Shown: positions 46,395 through 59,399 of the stretch, in pieces
How the letters are laid out: each line of letters starts with the position of its first letter
How positions within the stretch are numbered: the stretch's first letter is position 1
Assembly: GCF_963921235.1 (NCBI RefSeq)
Contig: NC_086097.1
Location: 23,872,001-23,936,000 of the forward strand
DNA: 64,000 bases
Source of the DNA: Mobula hypostoma
Taxonomy: Eukaryota
Direction of reading: 5' to 3'
Position numbers and translations under genes: made by a program
Notes under the pieces: generated by a model
Database searches by the model: none
What the model was told of the DNA's origin: nothing
Seen by the model: the letters and a program-made list of their open reading frames with translations, nothing else

Positions 46395-48072
46395 AAAAAG
46401 TTTGTACGTCCTCCTGGAGAACATGTGGGTTTCCTCTGGCTATTCCAGTCTTCTCCCTCATTCCAAAGACACATCGGTGGGGTTAGTGAGTTGTGGACAT
46501 GCAATGTTGGTGCCGGAAGTGTGGCGACGCTTGTCCTGCACAAACCCGCTGACTGTATTTGACACAAATGGTGCATTTCACTGTATGTTCTGATGTACAT
46601 GTGGCACAATAAGCAAATGTTTGTATTTATGGAGTGCTGTGTAGGATGGAGGGATTGGATTGATCTTCGAGGAGGTTAAATGGTAGACTGAAGGGTCTAA
46701 ACTGTGCTGTAATGTTTTATGTTCTCTCTATCTATAAAATGCTGTCCTCGAAGTCACGGTGTGGCACTAAAGACATGCTGTACATTGCTTGCATTGTTGG
46801 CTCAGAGGCTCTGCTAAACTTGAGCGGACAAAGGAAACTGTTTCATCCAAGAATGAAGGTGGATCCATGGGATTGGGATTAGAGGTCCCGCCAGCTCCTG
46901 GGAATGTCTGGCTTGTGCACCAGGGCCTGGAACGGAGTTGTTTTTGGTGACAAGTGGTGGGATGATGGAGAATAGGGGAGGAATGCGGAGGGAAATAGGC
47001 AATCACAGATTGAGAGATGGGCGTTATTGGCAAGGTGAATATTTATAGCCTATCCCCCGTTGCATTTTGGAAGATGATGCTGAGGTGGTTTCCCCTCTGC
47101 AATCAGATTTCTGAACAGACATTGAACCCTTGAACACAACCACACTACTTTTCCTTTTTCTCTATTTTTGCACTACTTACTTAATTCAACTTTTTTAAAA
47201 GTACATATATATACTTAATAATGTATTTTGCAGCTGTATTATTATGTAATGCAATGTACTGCGGCAGTATAACAACAAATTCCATGACATATGCCGGAGA
47301 TATTAAACTGGATTCTGATTCAGATTCAGATTCTGGACTGCTGCAGTCTTTGTGGGGGAGATAGTCCTACAATGTGTAATTCAAACAGCATGAGTTGTCC
47401 TGAGGAACTCAGTGGGTCAAGTGAGCACCTACGGGAGGAAAGAGCTTGCCGATATTCTTGGTCAAAATCCTGCATGAGTCCCGCGACCAAGAAAGACAAC
47501 AATTCCTTTCCCTCCCAGAGATGCTGCTCGATCGATCAATTTCCTCCAGTGGATTGTCTGTAGTTCCATATTCCAATATCTGAGTCTCCTGTGTGACCAG
47601 GTAGTTCTGGGATGATGTTTTTTAGTGATTGTATTTCCAAGTCGGAATGATGTATGACTTGGAGAGAAAACTGCGGGTTGTAGTGCACCTGTTGTGATTT
47701 TCTTCTTGATAGAAGAGACTTACGGGTTTGGAAGTTGCTTTTAGATTAGTCCTTCTGAGTGATCATGGTGCACTTTTAGGACATAGAAGAGTATAGTACA
47801 GGAACAACCCCTTCAGCCCGCAATGTTATGCTGAGCTAATTAAATGAATAATCAAATGTCCAACTGAACTAATCCCTTTTGCTGACATCATGTCTATATA
47901 ATTCCATTTCCTGCACATTCATGTGCCTATCTAAGAGTCTTCTAAATTCCTCTTTTGGATGTACCTCCACCACCACCCCAGGCAGTACATTCCAGACACC
48001 CACCACTCTCTGTCTAAAAAAAACTTGCCCTGCACTTCTCCTTTGAGCTTACACCCTCTCACCTTAAATGCG

Positions 48073-48515
48073 TCAGAAACCTCAAAGCTGGTGGTTATGG
48101 TAGGAGTGGCAGTTCCTTAGGAAGACTGAATTGAGAAGGCATTTGAACTTGAGAGAGACAAATACCAGGAGCTGGTAGAGCAGAGTTTAGAGACAAGGGT
48201 AGAGGACACAATGTGAGCCCACAGAGGTGGGGTGTAGAGGTTTTGCCGGCTGTTCGCCGTGCAGAGGCTACTCTCCCCTTGGCATTACGGGGGCTGCAAA
48301 GAAAACCGTCAGGACCGTCACAGAAGCTGCTAAGCAAGCCGCCAGGTGGCTATGGATCAGGAGGTGTGATCCATGCACCAATGTTGCTGGGACACAAGTC
48401 GGGGCCTGATCAACTCCTGGTCAAGAGTGCCTGATGTTGAAAGACCCGAAACATTCGATAACCCAAGGTTACATCGCTAATGGTGTGCCCCAATGCATCC
48501 GAGGATGTATCTCAG
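48073..48515 (+). mobile_element. HERO-like (restriction-like endonuclease) non-LTR retrotransposon 3' fragment
   Basis: VVMVGVAVP*ED*IEKAFELERDKYQELVEQ / CEPTEVGCRGFAG..LGITG..TEAAKQAARWLWIRR fits the RLE motifs ELTVPWE, KxxKY and EVGxRG. Confidence 0.82.
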
Positions 48516-49269
48516 CTTCTGTCCCCACCCACCCAGTAGCCAATGTTTGTATATGTATGCTTCTATGCAAAACCATCTTACAGTCTTTAAAGCAACTCTT
48601 GTGACCCTCTGCCCTCTTTTGTTCTTACCTGTTCACTCTCCAGTTTACATGGTAATTTAATCTGTACAAACTGTTTTTCCAATTGGCAAGTGTGTGTCAG
48701 ATCCAAACTAAAAACACCAAAGATTTTATTGCCCCAAAAGACATACAGAAAGACAGAGTGAAACATGAAGGGAAATGTGTATAAGAGATAGCAAGTGGCT
48801 GGCAGCTTCTAGGAAGGTTGCTGAAAGAGCCAATAGGTGCAAACTTTCTTCAGAAGCTGTTGTCATGAAACACATCTTTACAGAGATGCTACAGTTTTAT
48901 TCTTTTGTGTCAGGTGTTTGATGTTCTTTCTGTTGTCTCACAATCTGATTGAGAAAGCTTCTGAGATCCAATTCTTTCCTCATAGGCAGTCCCCTGAGAC
49001 CCAGCATGGAAAAATATGGGTCACCAAACAAAAGTGAAGAGGATAGATATCTGAGAAAACAGAGCAGTGTGTGTATCTGTGTGGGTGTGTGTGGATCTAT
49101 TTCTGTACAGAAATAATGAATATTGGTTATGAATTGCAGAAGGAAGACTGAGACTTACACAGGAAACTGGAGCGAGAAATGGGAAATTTGCTAGTTGTAC
49201 TTGTTATGTCTTAACTTTTCAGCTCCACCATTTGGCCCTAACCTCATATCACTTGATTCCTTCATATAG

Positions 49270-49930
49270 ACCTTCATAAGGTGTAGGAGCACAACTAGGC
49301 CATTCAGGCCATTGAGGCTGCTTCACCATTCCATCATGGTTGATTTATTATTCCTCTCAACACCATTCTCCCGACTTATCTCAGTAACCTTTCACAGCCT
49401 GTCTAATCAGGAACCCATCAACCTCTGCCTTAAATATACCCTGTGGTTGTAGAGTCCACAGATTTCTCACCCTCTGGCTAAAGGAATTCCTCCTCATTTC
49501 TGTTCTAAATCAACATCCCTCTATTCTGAGGTGAAACCCTCTGGTCCTAGACTCCCCCAACATAGGAAACATTCTTCTCACATCCACTCTATCTAGGCCT
49601 TACAACATTCGATAGATTTCAATAAGATCCCCCCCATTCTTTTAAATTCCAGTCAGTAAAGGCCCAGAGCCATCAATCGCTCTTCATATAATAACCCTTT
49701 CATTTCCAGAATCATTCTCATGAACCTTCTCTGAACCCTCTCCAATGTCAGCATCTTTTCTTAAATAAGGAGTCCAAATCTGCTCACAATACTCCAAGTG
49801 AGGCCTCATTAGTGCCTTGTAAAGCCTCAGCATTATATCCTTGCTTTTATATTCTAGTCCTCTTGAAATGAATGCTAACATTGCATTTGCCTTCCTCACC
49901 ACCGACTCAACCTGCAAGTTAACCTTTAAG
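49270..49930 (-). mobile_element. CR1 LINE 3' fragment
   Basis: [47 protein letters not shown]. Confidence 0.9.
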
Positions 49931-51289
49931 GAATAGAGTCATGGAACCTGAGAGCACTACAGCATAGGAACAGGTGCTTTGGCCTATCTAGTCTGTGCCA
50001 AACTATTATTCTGCCTAGTTCCATTGACCTTTACTTAGACCACAGCCCTTCATAGCCCTCTCATCAATGTACTTATCCAAATTTCTCTTAAATGTTGAAA
50101 TCAAACCTGCATTCACCACTTCCGCTGGTACCTCGTTCCACACTCCCACCATCCTGAGTGAAGCAGTTCTCCCTCATGTTCAACTTAAACATTTCACCTT
50201 TCACCCTTAACCCATGAATTCTAGTTCTGATCTCACCGAACCTCAGTGTTAAAAAAAAGCCTGCATGCTTTTACCCTATGTATACCCCTCAGTTTTGTAT
50301 ACCTCTATACCGAAAAGCTATCAAATAAATTCCAAATTGGTCACATGGGAATAATTAGGCAGCACTGGCTCGTTGAGATGTAAAGGCCTTGTACAGTGCT
50401 GTATCTGTCAATCGAACGAAGAAATAAATAAATTCATGATTTAAAAATGCTTCTACCCTGCATTTCTATTGAACCTTTCATGACCTTGAGCTATTTTAAA
50501 GAACTTTAAAGGAACTGAGCAATTTGAATTTAGGAGGAATGGTAGCCAATTTTCACACTGCAACTTCTCTGAACAGTAACTACACATGCCATATTATAGC
50601 ATTTCATTGGAAGTAAAGTACTTGGTGTCTTCAGAGGAGTATAACATGCATTATTAGAATACAGATTTTTCTCACAAATTTGGCTAGGGATTTTCAATCT
50701 TCTTACAATGATGGGTGGAAACTCAGAGGCAGTGAACCTGTGATTCACACCGAGCAGTACCTCATTCAAGCCCCTTCTTCTGGTACAAGGACTAAGAAAA
50801 ACATTATCATCGTCTTTAGCGCTGGTTCAAAGGAATTAGGTGAAGTTTATACCTGGTTGTTGCTGTTTAGTGTGCTTAATTATTTGGACCAATGGTTTAG
50901 TTGCACTGTAGGTTATGATAAAGTATTATACTGTACTTATAGGTCTGGAAGCCCCATTGGGATGCATTGTTTTCTTCAGTACATTATGCAACGAACTGTC
51001 AAACAGCTCAGATCAGTGGAAAAGACTTAGGAGCTTTAAGTCCACATTAAGCTAAGCACAGTGCAATTTCTATGGTTTACTTTTTGTTAATTTTAAAACA
51101 TGGATCAGAAAGTTTTGCTCCTATAAACCCCCACCACCCATTCCCAAAACTGGATGCATGCCTAGCCTGTATTAATCACCATGGTGAATTTCTGCTAACT
51201 GGGCCTATTTATAGATCTTCAAGAAATAGTTGAAAATTGAGCATATTTTTAAGACTAATGTGTCTTTACATCTTAAGAATGTTAAAATA

Positions 51290-52040
51290 TTGATGGCTCT
51301 GCGCCTGTTCTCACTAGAGTTCAGAAGAATGAGGGGAGATCTCGTTGAAACCGATCAAATATTGAAGGACCCTGATAGTAAGGTCTTAATACTGCTGGCA
51401 CGTTGCCAAGTGGTTAAGGCATCGGTCTAGTGATCTGAAGGTCACTAGTTCGAGCCTCAGCTGAGGCAGTACATTCTGTCCTTGAGCAAGGCACTTAACC
51501 ACACATTGCTCTGTGATGACACTGGTGCCAAGCTGTATCGGCCTTAGTGCCATTCCCTTGGACAACATCGGTGGCGTGGAGAGGGGAGACTTGCAGCATG
51601 GGCACCTGCCGGCCTTCCATACACCCTTGCCCAGGCCTGCGCCCTGGAAATCTTCCAAGATGCAAATCCATGGTCTCACAAAACTAACTGATGCCTATAT
51701 ATGATAGTAAGGACATGACGAGGATATTTTGTATATTGGAGTCCAGGACCTGAGGGTAGACCCTCAGAGTACAAAGACGTCCCTTTAGAACAGAGATGAG
51801 GAGGAATTTCTTTAGCCAGAGGGTGGTGAACCTGTGGAATTCATTGTCTCAGACCACTGTGGAGGCCAGGTCTTTGGATATATTTAAAGCAAAGGTTGGT
51901 AGGTTTTTGATTTGTACAAGTGTCAAAGGTTATGGGGAGAAAGCAGGATAATGGGGTTGAGGGGGTTAATAAATCAGCCATGATGGAACGAAGACTCGAT
52001 GGGCCAAATGGTTTTATTCTGCTCCTGTATCTTGTGCTCT
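51290..52040 (+). mobile_element. CR1 3' fragment interrupted by a SINE
   Basis: LFSLEFRRMRGDLVETDQILK, resuming after 51712 with RNFFSQRVVNLWNSL and the 3' UTR. Confidence 0.85.
51384..51701 (+). mobile_element. tRNA-derived CORE-like SINE with RTE-type tail
   Basis: ttgccaagtggttaagg A box, agttcgagcc B box, tgtccttgagcaaggcacttaacc; 11-bp TSD tgatagtaagg at 51373-51383 and 51702-51712. Confidence 0.88.
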
Positions 52041-54709
52041 AAAATATTATTCTTGTAATTAATTCAGAAGGTGACTACAGTATTGGAAATGGTGTCACCC
52101 TTTGTAAAATCTCCAGGTTTCAAAATTAATCGTTGCAAACTAAAATGCTCAGTTTGTTATGTCCAGAGCAACACACAAAATAGTGGAGCAATTCAGCAGG
52201 TCAAGTTTCTTGCCTGGATTTCCAGCAACTGCGGAGTCTCTTCCATTCCCAGCGACATTAATCAAACTGTTTCATGAACAAAGAACAGGAAATTCAAGAT
52301 ACTACCAAATCTTTCTCAATCTTGGAAGCTTATTTGTCCTGAAACATTTGAATCAATGTGAATAGAAAAATTGTGCTGGGGTCAAAATACTTCAAGAAGC
52401 TTGTGTAATTTTGTAGGCATTTTGCATCCAGATTATGGAATGTGCTTAAAGCAGAAAGTCTGCTCCTTCTGACTTCTTCACCCTTCCTTTCCTGCTCCAG
52501 CATCTGCAGATCTTGGGTTAGGGTGAGTATTTTTGCTTGGTATTTAGAGATACAGCATGGTAGCAGACCCTTCCAAGCCAACGAGATCATGCTGCCTAAT
52601 TACACGGATGCATGTGGGGAAAACCCACGTGGCCACAGGGAGAACACACAACCGTCTTACAGACAGTGGCAGGAAATTATCCTGGGTCACTGGCGCTGCT
52701 ATTGTATTACGTTAACCACTATACTACGTGCCATGCTTTGTTGGTAACAGAAGAATGGTGGAACTTGCGGGCTGCCCTCAGCACATCTTTGGAGTGTGCT
52801 GATTGTTTGTACCATATGATTAGATTAATGAGGTGTACCTAATAAAATGGCCACTGAGTGTATGTTCTCGTGTAAAAATTCTAACAGAGTAGTTATAGCA
52901 TTGACACATGTACAGAAAAGAACAAAAGCAAAACTGGCTGTGACATTTGAAGAGATAACACAGTTGTAAAGGGCATCAATGCATTAGATTAGGACTACAT
53001 GAACAATAACTACTCATAATATGAATGCATCATATATAGCACATGTAACAGTGACCCATAAATTAGACTAGCTATCACTGCTAAGCTTTCAAAGGTTAGT
53101 CCAGATGGTGCCACCTACTTTCTAAGGACTTTATTTCTGAGTATCTATAATCTCCAAGAATGACTTAAACCTTCAGGTTCTGAACCTCTACCCCATGTAA
53201 CAGCTAATAGGCACTGAACAGAAATACTATTTCTTTTCTCTCTCCTCAAAAATATTATTTCTATTCTATTCCCCCTTTCCTCTCCTCACGAATTACTTTT
53301 GGAGCAAATACTCTACAAAATCAGAATCACTTTATTGCCAGTATGTGAGATGTACCAGAACTGATTGTGGTTCAATGCCAAGCATAAGACACAGGACAAT
53401 ACCATAACTAACAACACAATAGCCACCAGCAATTTACAAGACAGTTGTGCAAACAGCCATGAGCAATCAAAAATTAACGGAATGGTCACATGCACGAACA
53501 TCAATAATCAAACCCAAATAAATGTGAAAATGTGAACAGACTCAATAATTATCAACAGAACAAGGAGAGCAGGAAAGACCGTTTAACAGATGTTGTGCAG
53601 GGACAGTCAGGGTATTACACCTGAGTGAGTTTTGTTGAGAAGCTGGATAGCTACAGGTAAGGAGCTCTGGGGATGATGTGTGGTCCTGGTGGTGGTGGAC
53701 TTGTAGTGTCTCCCTGATGGTAATTTGGTGAATAGGTGGGTGGAGTCAACAATATTTTTTCAGCTCTTCTCTTCAACCAGAACGGCGATGAGCACCATTC
53801 TTAATGTCGGTCGCTGACAGCCCATGATTATGCTTAAAAACTCAGTGAAATGGTTAGTTTCTATGTCTGTTGCAGAAGGGATTATAGTTTTGGGCACAAA
53901 GGTTAACTTTCTGAGTGTGTGGGTGCGCAGCTGGAACCCAAAAAACCTGAGTACCAGCACACTTTAACTTGACACCTACAAGAATATTGTTGTTCTCCAC
54001 TGTAAAGCACCATGTGCCTTATGAAGCTAACATTGTAACTGTGAGCTCAACACTGTATAGGGCCAGCTGTAAGATACGGATTTGATTCCCATCGCTGCCT
54101 AGAGCAGTTTACACCTTCTACCCATGACCATATGGGTATCCTCCCACATTCCAACAACGCACAGCTTTGGGTTAGTGAGTTGTGGGCAAGTTATGCTTGC
54201 ACAATCCTCGGGATTTCATTTGATGAAAAGGACACATTTCATTGTATTTTTTGAGGTACATATCTAATTTTTATTTTCTTTTTACTGGGAGGTGTTGTTA
54301 TAAATTTGAGTAATTTTCACAGAATGCTTTCTGAGTATTTCCTGCACTTTGTGTTTTCTTTTATGCCAAATGCAAGTTGTTTCCTTTCTAACCTCCTGCA
54401 GGTAAAGGAACTTGGTGCCCTTGTCTGATTACACCTACCCTTGGTTGATTCACCATGCACTCTTAGTTGTAAAGTCCTCTAATAGTCAAGCAACCTAAGG
54501 TATTGCTATAGCTACGAAATCTTAATGGGACAATCACATATTGCCAATAAATCCAGTCTTGCCAATGTTAACTAAGTCTCAAATGCACTTATTGTAAATG
54601 TATTAAATCAACCCCTGGATCTCAGTCCCACTCTTCGCCTGTGCTCCTTATTGGCTACCTTGAGGTGGTTTCGCGGGATCTTGCTGTGTACTAAGTGCTT
54701 GCTGTTTTA

Positions 54710-55960
54710 GAACATAGAATAGTACAGGCCCTTCGGCTCATGATGTTGTGTAAAACATTTAACCTACTCTAGTCCTTTCCTTCCACGTAGCCCTCCATTG
54801 TTCTTTCATCGATGTGCCTATTGAAGAGTCTCTGAAATATCCCTAATGTCTCTGTGTCTACCACCACCCTGGCAGCACACTCCATGCACCTACCACTTTC
54901 TGACCTGTTTAAAAAAAAACTCCCTCTAACATTCCCCCTATACTTTCCACCAATCACCTTAAAATGACAACCCCTCATATTAGCAATTCCTGTCCTGGGC
55001 AAAAGGTACTGGTTGCCCAGTCTATTAATCCACCTGCTATATACAACAATAAGGAATGCCTACCGTTCCATGCCCAGAACACATTTCTAGAAACCTGATC
55101 ACTTGGCTATCCTTCTACCTGCATACAGACAGAGGCTCCAGAGATCTGGACAGCAAGTAGGTGGTCGTGGGAGGCAGAGGAGGGGCTTAGCCCCCTGCTG
55201 TACTCGATTTACACTTATGACCGTGTGGCTAAGCACAGCCCCAAGGCAATATTTAAGTTTGCTGTTCACTCCACTGGTGCAGGCCAAATCAGAGGAAGTG
55301 ACGAATCCGCATAGAGGAGGAAGATTGAAAATCTGGCTGAGTGATGCCACAGCAGCAACCTCTTACTCAATGTCAGCAAGACCAAGGAGCTGATTATTGA
55401 CTTCAGGAGGAGAAAACCAGAGGTCCATAAACCAGTCCTCATCGGGGGATCAGAGGTGGTGTCATGGTTATTGGATTTATTGAGTGTGCCCAGAAGGGAA
55501 TGAATCTCGGGGTAGTATATGCTGACATATGTATCTGTATTTCAGTCATAAATTTACTTTGAACTTTGAACTTTAATGCCTCTTAACATCTTATACACCA
55601 CTACCAAGTCATCTCTCATCCTCCTTTGCTCCAATGAGAAAAGCCCTCACTCGCAAAGCCTATCCTCATAGGACGTGCTCTCTAATCCAGGCAGCATCTG
55701 TTAAATTTCCTCTGCACTCCCTCTAAAGCTTCCACGTTCCTCCTATAATGAGGGCACCAGAACTGAACACAATGCTCTAAGTGGAGTCCCACCAGAGTTT
55801 TATAGAGCTACTGCATTATCTTGCAGCTCTTGAACTCAATTTCCCGGCTAATGAAAGCCACGCACTGTATGCCTTCTTAACCAGCCTAACAACTTGTGCA
55901 GCAGCTTTCAAGGATTTAGGGATGTGGACCCCAATATCATATTGTTCCTCCACACTGCTA
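54710..55960 (-). mobile_element. CR1 3' fragment split by a plus-strand, internally deleted Rex1 (~55030-55575)
   Basis: CR1 end RGCHFKVIGGKYRG..FQRLFNRHID; insert has DHLAILLPAYRQRL and LLNVSKTKELIIDFRR. Confidence 0.8.
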
Positions 55961-56880
55961 AGTTTCCCAAAGTGCAACAGTGACTAAATTGCAACTATCA
56001 CTTTGGCTTCATAATGCTGTAGTACATTTCAAACCAGCCATGCAAGGTACTATATAAGCTCAAGGTTCCTTGCAAAATGTATCTTGAATGCATTAAACCT
56101 TTCATGATGCTTCACTGGAGCATAATCCGTCAAAATTTAAAGCCTTCTTTTCCTTAATCAGATATTTATTAGCAGAAGTCTCTGGAGCTGCCAACTGTGC
56201 CAGAGTTAAATTTAAGCCAATCTTACAGCATTACAAACTCTCATTCCACCTAAGATATTCTTTTTCCAAAAATAAAAAAATGTAGAACCAGGTGGCAGAT
56301 ACAAAAAAAATATCATCTGAAAATTCATTGTTGATAAATAACCTGTCAATTTTCAAAATTCAAATTGAAAACTTTTATGAAAAGAAATTGCTAAAGAAGA
56401 TACAGTTTTTATGAGGCAAATATCTATCAAATATAAAAGGCAAATGAGGCAGTCTGGGATGGCTGCCGATTCATTCATGTTACCTCGAATAGAATTAACA
56501 ATGACAAAAATAGGAAATGCATAGCTTTCTCCACTGAACTCTGATCAAATTCTAACAATTCTTTGTTGTCAATGTTACTTTGCCAAGGGTGGTCTGGCTC
56601 CCAAAGGCTGAAATCATTTGAGTAAGTCCTTGATGTCTCCCCAGTAGATTATTATTGCTACTCAGGAGGCTGTGTTGATCATTATAATGCTGAAACTGGA
56701 CGGGTCAGAACATTTCCCACAGCCTTTGTATCTCTTGTCGCATAGTCTATCTCGCTGTTATCAGACTCGAATGGGATCTCATCACATGTTAAAGATGAAT
56801 TCTTGATCTCCCAATCTACCACACCGTGGCCCTTGCACTTTATATGTCTACCTGCACAGCAGACTGTGTAACTGCAATAC

Positions 56881-57270
56881 TACACTCAGTGGCCACTCTA
56901 TTAGGTACACCTGCTCATTAATGCAAATATCTAATCAGCCAATCATGTGGCATCAGCTCAATGCACAGAAGCATGCAGACATGGCCAGGAGATTCAGTTG
57001 TTGTTCAGACCAAACATCAGAATGGGGAAGAAGTGTGATCCATGTGACTTTGGAATGATTGTTGGTGCCAGATGGGGTGGTTTGAGTATCTCAGAAACTG
57101 CTGATCTCCTGGGATTTTCTCACAAAACAATCTCTAGAGTTTACTGAGAATGGTGTGAGAAATGAAAAGAAACATCCAGTGAGCAGCAGTTCTGTGGTGA
57201 AAATACCTTGACAATGAGAGAGGGCGGAGGAGAATGGCCAGACTGGTTCAAGTTGATATTAAGGCAACAG
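56881..57270 (+). mobile_element. Non-autonomous Tc1/mariner element
   Basis: TA-cactcagtggccactctattaggtacacct; QLLFRPNIRMGKKCD..GMIVGARWGGLSISETADLLGFS HTH remnant. Confidence 0.88.
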
Positions 57271-58159
57271 ACCTGTACAGAATAGCCATGAACTTTCTTT
57301 GAGTGGTGGAACAGATACCAGGGACAATCTGGCAGCCTGCTGCCCTTTCTTGTATTCTTGTACCTCAAATCTAATAGAATAAATTAATAGCAAATAACTG
57401 GAAATATAAACTTTCCAAGTATGTCACAATATAGGGGTTTACTTGAAGTAGGCTGTTTTATTTTGTGTTCAGTGGATGAAGCAAGGTGGAGACAAGGACT
57501 GTGCTTTACTTGTATTGGTATTGGTTTATTATTGTCATTAATCATTCTAGTTAGACCCCCCTCCTTCCCACCCCCTCTATCCATTAACCCTGTCACTGCA
57601 CTGCATTGTAAGCCCTTTAAATCACTTTTATAATACAATTTACATTGTAAATACTGGCTGGTATTTATGTATTTATGCATGTTTTATTCTATATCCATAC
57701 TTTACCATATTTTATATAATCCTTTATAATTTTTGAATGTTGTTTTCTATTGCCTATCGCACCAGCACACCACAGCAAATTCCTAATACATGTAAATGTA
57801 TGTGGTGAATAGAAGAAGTTGATCCTAAGACACAGTGAAAAATCTTTTATTTTGCATGCCATCCGGTCAGATCATTTATTTATTTATTTACTGTACAGAA
57901 TAGGCCCTTCTGGCCTTTTGAGCCAAGCAACTCAGCAATCCCCTGATTTAACCCTAGCCTAATTACAGGGCAACTTATAACGACCAACTAACCTACTAAT
58001 TGGTATGTCTCTGGGCTGTGGGAGGAAACCGGGGCGCCAGGAGGAAACCCATGTGGTCACAGGGAGAACGTACAAACTCCTTGCAGACAGCGGTGGGAAT
58101 TGATCCCAGGTTGCCCGTACTGCAAAGTGTTGTGCTAACCACTATGCTACCATGCTGCC

Positions 58160-58640
58160 CATTCATATTTACATGGAGTACAGAACACAGAATATTGTGT
58201 GCAGTTACAGAGAAAGTGCAGAGAGGTGAAAAATGTACAAGGGCAACAACAAGATAAATTGAGGGATCAAGAGCTCAAGGGTTAACAATGAGAGTCTGAC
58301 AATGGTGGGGTCAAATCTGTCCTTGAGTTTAGTGGTACGTCCTCTCAGGCTTTTGTATCTTCTGCCCAATGGGATAGGAGTGAATATAAAACGGACAGCA
58401 TTTATTATATTAGCTGCTTTCCCGAGGCAGCTCAGAGTGCAGATGGAGTCAATGGTTTACGTGATGGACTGGGCTACATTTACAAGTCACTGCAATTTCT
58501 TGTGGAGCTGGGTACACCAGTTGCCATACCCAGCTGTGATGCATCCAGATAAAATGCATTCTGTGCTGCATCTGTTAAAATTGTGAAAGCCGTTGGGATC
58601 ATGCTGTACTTCTGAGGAAGTAGAGGTGTTGGTGTGCTGT
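58160..58640 (-). mobile_element. Rex1/Babar 3' fragment
   Basis: Minus strand HLYFLR..NFNRCSTECILSGCITAGYGN. Confidence 0.75.
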
Positions 58641-59399
58641 ACCATCCACCTGTATGAGCGTAGTGTCGATCACAAAAGGTATCAGCAGTTACAGGGACAA
58701 TCTAGCAATAGGGTGCAATGGTAACCTTATCTACTGCACCCACACAGCATCCTTCCTGCTGCGTAGGAAAAGAGCCATTAAGGATGAAAATAAGTACTTT
58801 AATATTCTCTTTTGTTGTGTACATTAGTGGAAGCATTGGCTGCCTTTTCTTTTGCATAACAATAAAGAAATTGAAATTTTAGATCTTTTGTTGCTTTTCA
58901 TTACGTACGGAACTATAACAAGATGTAATTTTTTTACCCATTAAGTACTGTATCTAAGGAGCTATCCACAGATGCTATCGACATGCATACTGAGGGAGTG
59001 TTCAGGTTTGAAGCTTTGAGTGATCCTGGTACATGTGCATTATCAATAATAAATCAAAGGCTGACATTCAAGTCCTGTAACCATCATATTTATCTCTAAG
59101 AAGCATCCTGTCACTATTTGTCTCCCACTTGTTAATATTATCACAATTGTACCGAAACTAGTAACTACTCACTCTGTGCTCAGTCATCGAAGCATTGAGG
59201 GCACCTGCAAAAGGAAGCATCCATCATTAAGGACCCCCATCACCCAGAACATACCCTCTTCTCATTGCAACCATCAAAGAGAAGGTGCAGGAGCCTGAAG
59301 ACACACACACTCCGCATTTTAAGAACAGGTTCAGAAGATCTCAAACAAACAGAAATACACTAAATGGCTGTTTTCTTTGGTGCAGAAATGGAACCCTGT

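Noticed and set aside
50680..51030. 116-aa ORF in unique sequence (also 62258-62518)
   Set aside because: No recognisable domain or convincing exon structure; lengths are compatible with chance
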